A stretch of 64,000 bases of DNA from NCBI GenBank assembly GCA_039621445.1, contig CP154954.1, positions 30,322,395-30,386,394 on the forward strand, read 5' to 3'. A model generated the notes under the pieces. It was given only the letters and a program-made list of their open reading frames with translations, made no database searches and was not told where the DNA came from. Both the position numbers and the translations under genes were made by a program. Below, piece by piece: positions 1-10,300 of the stretch; position 1 is the stretch's first letter; each line of letters begins with the position of its first letter. This DNA comes from Euglena gracilis. Taxonomy: Eukaryota.

Positions 1-1284
1 ATACTTTTTGGCGCCAAAAATATTTGAAAAGGTGCTATTTTTAGCACTTTTCGCGATTTTTCGACCATTTTTTTTGTGGGTCCCCCAGGACCCCCCCAGG
101 GGATGGGTGGGTGGGGGGACCCCCGTCCCCCCCCCCCCCCGGTCTTAAATAAATCAAGAGCGGGAGAGGGTTGGGTGGGTGGGGGCCATACCATTGCCAA
201 GCACGTCGACCCCCCCCCCATTCCCTGCATGGTGGGTGGGGGGGTCGACCACCCCCCCCCACCCTCTGCATGGTGGGTGGGGGGGGGGTCGACCACCCCC
301 CCCCCACCACCTCTTCCCGTGTTTCCGGGAGCACCAATTTTTGGACCCGAAAAAAATTTTCCGGCGCCGGGTGTTTTTTTGACCCGTTTTGGGACCCATA
401 TAGGGGGTCCCCCCCAAAAAACACCCAAAAACCGCATTTTTTCACACCTTCCAAAAATTCAACATTTTCTCAAAATGTTGATTTTGAGAGGTTTTTGAAG
501 CAAAAAAATGCCATTGAAAGTCCAAAAAATTTCAACGAGAAAAAATGGCAGTAAAATTTGACTGTGCCAAAATTTTGTCCACTTTTTTTGACCTTCGTTT
601 TTTTCACCCCCCTCCTAAAAACTACCAATTTTTAACCCTGAAATTTTTGATATTTTTTTGTGAAAAAAATGTGGGTTTCCATCAAAAAATCATGTGTTTT
701 GGGTTCATTTTTCAAAAAAAAATTCAAAAATCTTCCCGGCCAATATCCCCTTTTTCCTGAAATCGGTGAAAATGCTGTGGTGGGTGGGGGGGGTCGACCC
801 CCCCCACCTCCCGGGTGGGGGGGTCGACCACCCCCCCCCCCCCACCAGGCCTTCCCGTTCTGCCCTGGGGGGGTTGTCAGGATTGGCCGACGTGGCCACC
901 TGGCGCCAAAGGCGCCGGATTTTTTTTTTTTGACCAAAAATGTTTTGATTTTTGGCCAATTTTGGCCGAGTAGCCAAAGTGACCAACCCCCTCCCCCAGG
1001 AAGGAGGTGGGAAGTGGGTGACTGGTTTTTGAAAAGTGACTGATTGGTTTTTTGAAAGTGGAAAGTAAGTAAGGGGGTCGGTAAACAATGGTATGGTCCG
1101 GTCCCTTATGTGGGGGGGGGTGTCCCTGCGGAAGCTTGGGCATGGGTTCCGGAGAGAAGCACCAGAAAAAATTGGGCAAGGCGGTCCCCTGCTGGGCTGG
1201 GTGGGGGGTCTTTAAAAGAAGCCGGGGGAGCACAATTGGTCGGCAATCCATGGCCCCTCTGAAGATTAAATCCTCCTTGCAAGG

Positions 1285-1380
1285 ACTGTGAAGTCTGGCA
1301 ACAAGGTGGTTGTGGAGAAGTCCACAGTGCCTGTTCGCTGCAGCGTTGCCATTGAGCGAGTCTTGAAGGCATGCAGTGCT
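1285..1380 (+). CDS. UGDH: UGDH exon ([32 protein letters not shown])
   Basis: EKSTVPV motif; 5' boundary uncertain by a few nt. Confidence 0.85.
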
Positions 1381-4300
1381 GATCAGGGTTTGACGTAAGG
1401 AGGTCGACCGCGCACCGTTTCGAACAATTGCCTTTTGTAACGATCCCCCCACTTTGCACCTATTGCATGCAAGAAGCTCTGGGAGTGTGGAAGCTGAGTC
1501 ACATGAAAATGAAATGCGAGTGGATGGACCGCTTCTAAGCAGAGGAGGGCACCATAAGGAACCTCCATGACTTTTCTTTTGATGATTGCCTCAAAAAACC
1601 CCTATCTGCGACCCACATAGGTCACACATTGGACCCACATAGGACACACTCTGGACCCACATAGGACACACACCCATAGACCCACATAGGACACACTCTG
1701 GCAATGACCCTCTCTGATTCAACCCTGACGACCCACAACGACCCATTGCTGTAATCATTGGTTATACTCTGTTCACATGTTTTGGGCATTAAAAATGCTC
1801 TCCACTTTCCTTGATTACCCCTCTTTCGTGTCAAGTCCAACAAAAATCACAAATATTGAGAACCAAACCTGGATTTTGAAAGCAGGTTGGCAAATTTAGC
1901 AGCACATCACTCCAGAATTAGGAATATGAAAATTATGGCAAAGAAGCATCTGGAAATTTTCTGGGTGTTTTACCAAACCACCCAGAAAGTTTGTTTGTTA
2001 TAATTTTTTTTTGATTGCCCTATACCCAGAGGGTTGAGTTACCCCATCCATTGGCCATGGGTTTGCTCCATTGTGTCACTGTTGTGTGCCACTGATGGGG
2101 TGTTTGACTCCCAAATTATGTTCTTGTCAATCCCTGGTGTGACACCTCTGCCACATTTGAAGTACTGTCAAACCCAGAGCACACCAGTGCTCCCATTTTT
2201 TTCGCCACCATTTTTCACCGGTCATCCTTTCCTCAAAAGTTGGTTCATGACAATCCTGGTCCATTTTTTTCCCACCGAGAGATGCCTTGTCAGAGTCAAC
2301 ACACCACATCGGTGTCATCAGTCTGAGTGCTGACGTGCTGGCGAGTTTCTTGCCGAGGGGACAGCCATTGAGGATCTTCTGAAACCCGACCGTGTGTTGA
2401 TCAGGTATTATTTTGCATATATCTTTTACATATGCAATATAATATATATATATATATATATATGTATTATATATGCTTATTTTAGGGTCAAATTTTTTCC
2501 AACACTTTTAGGCATTCTAAGGAATTTTAAGGCACAATTTTCCAGGGTGGTCCATTGGCGATCCGGGCATCGAACCAACGTTTTTGATTTCGCACGTGGT
2601 CCAAAATCAAGGAAAGTCGAAAAACGCAGTTTTTGAGTTTTGGTTGGATAGACAATGTTTCAGCGATGCCAGAGATCATTTTTCTTCCCGAAGTCGGCCT
2701 GTTTTGCCGAGATTTTGCGTTTCATTTTTGCTCGGTCGGAGAAGATTCTGCTGGTCTCATTTCTTAAGTCATTTTAACGCATTTTAAGGCATTCTGGCCA
2801 AAATTTAAGGTGCATTTTAAGGTATTTTAAGGCTTTTTCAAGGTACTTTTAATGATGATAATAATTATAATAATGCCTGGCGCTGATCGGTGGTTCTCAA
2901 ACACCCAGCGGGCAGAAGGCCTGTGAGCTCCTCTGCTCTGTGTATGCACGATGGGTGCCGCACAGCTGATTTTGGTTGCACATAGTTTCATTTCAACTTC
3001 CATTTCCATCCATTGATGGTTTCCAGTTTTGTGTGTTTCTTTGATCCTAGGTCCCCTTTTTTGTGTTGGTTTTTGGACAGCTCATTGCGAATTGTTTATT
3101 TTTGCCTTTTTAACAGATCCCAAAAATCCAAAATAAACAAAAAATACAATTTTTTTTTGCTGGACACCCAACATGTTTAAACAAAAAAAATCTTGTGATG
3201 GAGACTCAAGCATGTTTGCACTGCTCAAAAAACGAAAGTTTTTTTTTTGAGAAATTGCATGAACATATTTTCTGTATTTCAACAAGTTTTCAACAAGGCG
3301 GATGATAATTGGGTAAGGCTTTCAAAAAGTTAACTCCAAATGTTGAATGGTTCTTTTTTTTAAATTATTTTTTCTGTTAATCTTTTTGTCAACCTTGTTT
3401 GGCTCAATTTTGGAGAAGATTGGAACAAAATGAGTATGATTTTTTGAAGAAAAAAAATGACAATTCTCAGTGACATTTTAAATGGACACAAGAGGACAAC
3501 TTTTTGCAAGGATGCTTTTTACTGCTGTCTGCAGTGTAATTACGCGGGAAAAATTTCTTCTCTTCTTCTGCCCTGTGCTCGGCACGTGCTGCTTGGATCT
3601 TGCTGGAAAGGCGGTAATTCGGACCCTCCACAAAAACAGTGGGGGCGATGCCTGAAGGGGGGGGTTCCCCCCAGTGCCTGCTATTATATCAAACCCGGGA
3701 GGGGAGCTCCGTTCGTGGTGGCACACCCTGCTGCAGCCCTGCCCAGGGATAGTTGGGAAGCCCTTTGGTTTTGAGGTAGGTAGTTGGGGGGTCCGGACCA
3801 GGGTTTGATATAAGGAGGGCGTACATGGTTTAGGTGGGGGGGGTGTCCCCCCCCCACCCCCCCCCCTCCTGGCCCGCAGGGGGGGGGGTCCGGCCCACCC
3901 CCCCCCCCACCTGCCAGGGGGGTCCGGACCGACCCTCGGGGGTTCCCGGGACCCCCCCAAAAAGGGTCAATTTTTTCCTCTGGCGCTTCGCGCCGAAATT
4001 TTTTTGCATTTTTGGCACATTTTTGCCCAAAAAGTGCCCAAAATGGCACTTTTGGTCGTTTTGGGGGGTCAAAAATTTTCGGCCACCCTGACCGCGCACC
4101 TGTTTAGGTGGGGGGGGTGGGTGTCCCCCCACCCCCCCCCTCCTGGCCCGCACGGGGGGGGCCCGGACCCCCCCCCCCCACCTGTCCTTATATCAAACCC
4201 TGGTCCGGACCCCCCCCCGTTGTTGGAGGGGTGTTCAGCAGGTTCCAAAAAATAGTTGTTTTCCTTCCAGCACTTCACTGGAAAGTGTAATTTTCACCTT

Positions 4301-7300
4301 CTTCCTCACTTTTGAGCATATTGCCCACCCATTTTTGGATGTTTTGGTGTCTTCCACACAAAAAAAAAACGGTCAAAAAGTATTTTTTTTGGGGTTTGGT
4401 CTATTTTCAAATGGAATCAGGGATTTTCCAACAATTTTGGACTGGTATCCGTACCTTTGCCCGTCCACAAATTGAAAAAAAAATTTGGTCCCATTTCAGT
4501 GACGAGGTTGGAGGGAGGGAGTCCGACCCCCCCCCCCCCCCCCCCCGCCCCTCAAGGCCTCCCATGCGTCCCTGGCCCTGCCCCTGACAATCTGATGATG
4601 GCCGGGATTTTTCTTTTTGCAATTCTGGTCCTGAGTGGGCGCGCCAGTCCCCCTCCCCCCAAGGTCAGCTGCCTCTGCGGGAGCGGATCCTGACCACCAA
4701 CCAGTGGTCCAGCGAGCTCAGCAAGCTCACCGCCAACGCGTTTCTGGCGCAGCGCATCTCCTCCATCAACTCCATCTCCGCCGTCTGCGAGGCCACCGGG
4801 GCGGACATCGACGAGGTCGCGTTCGCCATCGGCCGAGACTCTCGCATTGGCCCCAACCGGGCCGATACTGTCGATACAACACAACACAACACAAGGCAAC
4901 TCAACCCAAAACACCACACCACACCACACCACACTACATTACAACACAAACCGCGCCGTCGTTTTGTTGGTTTGTGTTGCACAAAAAGGGCGTTCACACC
5001 AGAGTTGCAACACATTTGCCACAGGAGACATGATTACCCAACAAATTAAAATTTTAAAAGCTCCGGGGTTTACTTCTTAAAAAGGTGACGGGCCCACCCC
5101 AAAATCCCAGTGACTGCTGTCCGAAACGTTGTCATGGACAGGCACCCAGAAGCCAGAAACCCCGGATCTTAACACAGGACCTGCCTGGCCGGAAGTTTCT
5201 CAAGGCGTCCGTTGGATTCGGTGGCTCCTGCTTTCAGAAGGACATCCTGAACCTGGTCTACCTATCCAATTCTTTGGGGCTGCACGAGGTGGGGGATTAT
5301 TGGTACAGCGTGGTGACCACCCCTTCGCTGAGACATTTTTTCACTGCACTGGCAATTGCCAGGAATTCCTTCGCCAGCCAGATCCTCCAACAACATGGCC
5401 GTCAACAATTCTAGAAAATTGAATTTTCTTCTTCCCATCAGGCTTTTCTTTTTAAGTGAGGTGCCGACCCCACGGGGGGGGGGGGGCGGTCACGGGGGGG
5501 TGCTGGGGCAGGCACCAGGCTTGTGCTTAGTGGGGGGCCTACCCCACGGGGGGGGGGGGGGGGTGCTCGGGGCAGGCACCCCAAAGCACCTGGTCCGACC
5601 CTCCCCCCTCGCGGGGGGGGTAGGGTTTTGGGGGGTGCCTGCCCCTAGCAGGCACCCCCCTCCGACCCCGGAAAAGGCCATTTTCAATGAAAGTTTTCTG
5701 GGTCCCCCCCCCGGACACCTATCCCCCCCGGGAGGGTGTGCCTGCTAGGGGCAGGCACGCTATAGCACCCCCCCCTCCCCCCCCCGGTTGGTAAGCACAA
5801 GCATGGCAGGCACCAAATAGCACCCATAGGGGGGTCCCCCCTCCGACCCCAGCGCCGAAGGCATCGGGGGCCCGGAAAAGGCCATTTTCAATGAAAATTT
5901 TCTGGGTCCCCCCCCCCCGCACCCCACCCTATAGCACCCCCCCCTCCCTCTGGTCGGTAAGAAATAGTCTGCTTCCCATTTTTCAACCTTTTTCCCCACA
6001 GCACAAAGTTGTCCAGGAGTTTTGAGCCTTTTTGAAACGGATCGAAAGTGCACCGAGTTCCACTTCCTGTTTCAGCGCAGGAGTGGAAGCAGCGATGAAT
6101 GACTATCAACGCCGGCGCTTTGTGGAGATGATCGTGCGGACCATGTTTGACACAGTGACCAACAAGAAGATTGCAGTGTTGGGCTTTGCCTTCAAGAAGG
6201 ACACGGGCGATACGCGGGAGAGCTCCGCCATTCCAGTGTGCAGCTCGCTCCTGGATGATGGAGCACTGGTCCACTGCTACGCCCAGGGACACGGTGCCAA
6301 GTTGTGTCACCACCTGTTTTTTTTGTTATTCCGAAGATTCTTTTTAAACCCCCCCCCTGCCCACCAACCCCCCTGTTTACTGACCACCCCTGGTCGGGGT
6401 TGCCGGTCAGGGGGTGCGTGCGACACCCACCCCCTGGCCAGGGGTTTGGGTTACCTAAAAAAAAAAGCTTTACAGAAGCAGGGGTTTTGGCACTTTGGTC
6501 TTATGACCATCCCCCAGCAGGAGATTGCAGATATGGGGGTGTGCCACGGTCGGTCGGTAAGGGGCTGGTGGCAGGTTGCAAATTCTGCAAAAATTCGGCA
6601 CCTTCGCTGACAGGTCGTTTCCTCTGGGGGATATTCTTTGTCATTGGACCTGTCAGTGGACCCGGGGGGGGGGGGCCTCCAGTTGGCCAGCAGCCTTTTC
6701 CCAGACCATCTCATCAACAAGTTTTATTTGTTTTCCAGGGACTTCGATTTTTTGATTCGACCCCAGCCGAACCCAGTTCCAGCCGGGGGACCCCAAGGGG
6801 GTCAACCGGTAGCCTTTTCCAACCGGCGTAGGAACTCTTTTGCTCATTGGAAGCAAAAACACGAGGACAAAAAAAATCTGGCTCCGGCGATTCTCTGACT
6901 CACTTTTGTCTATTTTGGCCCATTTTGCACCTCCAAAAGCAAAAAAAAACTACGTTCCGAGAGGAAAAAATTTATTGGGGGTTGGGGCAAAAAAGAAGAA
7001 TATTTTTTGGGGACTGAGGGAGGGCAGAGACTGCCAAAATTGTTTTTTCCTGTTGTTTCCTTTTCTTGTTGGAGGTGTGGGGATGAAAAAAATAAAATGA
7101 AATTCCTCCTCTTTTTGGGCATTGGTGTAGGGGTGGGGAGGAGTGTGGGGAGTGCAGGGGGGGGGGGTGGCGGTCAACCTGCCAAAGATTTTTTTCTTTT
7201 TTCAGATGTAGCTCGCATTCAATATTGGTTACCTGTGAGGAGGCTCTGCAGAGCCTCCGCGGAGGCACCCAGGCAACCAGCCTCTGCTGAGGCTCAGGTA

Positions 7301-10300
7301 ACCAGCCTCCACAGAGACTTGGGTAACCAAAAGTCAGGATTCCACACAGGGGTTTTTTTAGTCGTGGACCCCCGGGGGGGGAGGGTGGGTGGGTCCGGCC
7401 CCGGGGGGGGTCCCCCTGGAGGGGGGTGGGATTTCCTTTTCGGCGCCGAAGGTGCCGAAATTTTTTGAAAAGGTGCTTTTTTTAGCACTTCTCGCGATTT
7501 TTCGGCCATTTTTTTGTGGGTCCCCCGGGACCCCCCCCCCCCCGGCCCGGGGGCCCCCCCCAGGGGGGTGGGGACCCCGCCCTCGGTCTTAAAAATCCCC
7601 TGATTCCACATTTGCACGGGCCCCTGCTGGCCTCCCCCTCTTTGGCTGAATTGACGCCCTAATTGCAATAGAGTCCCTGACCCTATTCCTTCAATTAACC
7701 ACAAATACATTTGATTTTGGGACTTTTTGTTCATACAATCACAATTTTGATGCAATACAAACTTTGGCCAAAGGTGGTTCTGAAACCTAAACATAGAGGT
7801 CGCATGGGCCCACCAAAGGGTCGGGCCGACCTCTGGATGAAAATCTTTTAAAGGGGGGGGTGATGCAATGGCTTGGCCATGGTTGACCATGGCCGGAAGC
7901 CCCCCCCCCCCCGATAGAAGCGCGGGGCTGCTGCAAGCGCAGGGTGAATAAAGGACAATCCAAATCCAAATACACTCATGCTGCCGAAGGCGGCGGTCCA
8001 CCACAAACGCACCCCCATTTGATGAGTTTTTGAAAGGAGATCAACAAAAATTGCAGCCAGGGTCCAAATAGAAGCGCACCTAGGCTTCCATTGGGGGATG
8101 GGTTTATCCTAGTTGAGTGACTCTTGGACCCTGTTGGCCAATCAAACAACGCTTCAACTGCTGCATTGGAATCAGGGCGTCGCTTGATGACCCCCTCCCC
8201 CCCGGAGTCCAGCTCAGAGGCTGGAAAACTTGGACTGGCTGGAAATAGGCTGCTGGCTGACCTCCAAGGGTACTGGAATTGGGTCCATCCTGGGGTCGAA
8301 CCAGGTGCAAGGAAAAATCGAAACTGCAAAAACCCCCAGAAGCTGCTAATTATGCAAACAATTGATCTTTTCGACCCCAAAAATTTGCCCTGGCCCCAGG
8401 TAACCCCTGGGTTCCCCCGGAGGTGAGCCGGCCCAAAGCCAACCCATTTTTTTTGCCAATTTTTGGCCCATTTTTGAACCAGGATTTTTTTTAAGTCAGA
8501 AGATCCGGGTGGGTGGGTGGGTGGGTCCTGGACCCCCCCCCCACCCGGGTCCCAGGCAGGAGACATGGGTATGGGTTTCAGCGCAAAGCGCCGAAAGTTT
8601 TTTTCTTTGGGAAATGGCCTCAGACGCATCCGGGGTCCCCCCCCCCCCCCCGCGTCCCACGCCAAGCGGGGTCTTAAAAAGAAGCCTGCCCACCCTGGTT
8701 CAAGGCTTTCTAAGACTTTCAAGGCATTTTGGCCCAAAAATTTAAGGCACATTTTAAGGCATTTTAACGTTTTTAAAGACACCTTAAAAAATGATGATGC
8801 CTGGTTATGGGCAGGCAACCACAGCACAATGCACCCCCCCAGGTTGGTGAAAATAAAACCTGCCCCAAGGTTTCCCATACGACCACAAGCCAGGTAAGGC
8901 GGTTACCCTTGACGTTCCCAACTGGAGTTCTTACCTCTGGGCTACACGAGCCTTGGCACCTATCCCTGCCATGACCCTAAGGTCACTGAGGAGCAAATGC
9001 TTCAAGACCTGAACGAGGTGGCAGAGGGCAACCAGCACCTGCTGAACCAAATAAAGTCTAATTACCGGATTGAGAAGTCGGCCGTGGAGGCGTGTAAGAA
9101 TGCCCACGCCATTGTGGTGTTGGCGAGGGAAGTGCAAATCGCCACCTCACCACCCCACTGATCAGTTGTTTTTTTTTGTGTCAGATTTGTTGGGCTTGGG
9201 GGCCATGATGTCGGCCCAAACAAACAGCTCCCACGGTTGATTGTGACCCCGATTGAAGATTGTCCCTGGAAATTTGACTCTCTCTGTTCAGCTTTCGCAG
9301 AGTCCCCACCAGGACGGCGCTGAACCCTCTCCCAGTAAAGCTTGCTGACCCGGAAGGTTGAACTTCCCTACCGAAGACCGAATGGGACGAGTTCAAGATG
9401 CTGGATTACCAGCAGATCTTCAAGGAGATGACGAAGCCCGCCTTCCTGTTTGATGGGCGCGGGTACCTGGACCTGAAGGTCAGGCCATTGCTCCGGGTGG
9501 GGGATACGATGAACCTCCCTTCTGTGTCCAGACCGCATGGTAATACCTCCCCGGCGGCAACTGTCACCCCCTCAACTTTTGGCAATTTGCCAATGGCAAA
9601 AAAAAATGCACCAAAAGATGGAGTCTTTGGAAGTTTTTGTTGTTGATCAATCTCTGGATGTACGCATGAACTCGGGATTTGAATGCTCAAGAATGTGCTT
9701 GAAGGGATCAGAAGTGTTTTCAAGAGATCGGAAAGTTACTGATTATTCGTCTACCCCAGTGGGCAAATGTCACCCCCTCTGCCCGCCTTTTTGCCGTCCC
9801 CCAATATGTCAGCCCCCCCCCCCACATCTGCTGGCTAAATTGTTGTGTGACAATTGCTGGGGGGGGCAAGGTTCAATATACGGAGGGTGTGCGGGGTTTA
9901 GGTGGGGTGGGGTGCCTCCCCTCCTGGAACAGGGGGTCGGACCATGCCATTGCTTAACACCTGTCCAACTACCCCCCCCCCCCCCCGGGGGTGACTGATT
10001 GGTTTTTTCAGAGGGAACTGACTGGTTTTCTGGCCAAGACCCCCCGGGGGGGCAGGCCCGAAAATGAAAAGTGGCTGGCCTGGCACCAAAGGCGCTGGAA
10101 TTTTTTTGGATTTTTTGAGATTTCTTGGCAAATGTTCATTGCATATTCAAGAGTGCCCCCCCCCCCCCGCCCGGGGGGTAAAGTGACTGACTGGTTTTTC
10201 GGAAAAAGTGACTGACCGGTTTTTTCAGAGTGGAAAGTGACCCCCCGGGTCGCCAAGTAATGGTATGGGTCGGACACCCTCCCCCTGCCAAGGGAGGGGT

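Noticed and set aside
41-1100. Pro/Gly-rich ORFs here and throughout the window
   Set aside because: Arise from G/C homopolymer MITEs; no domain signal
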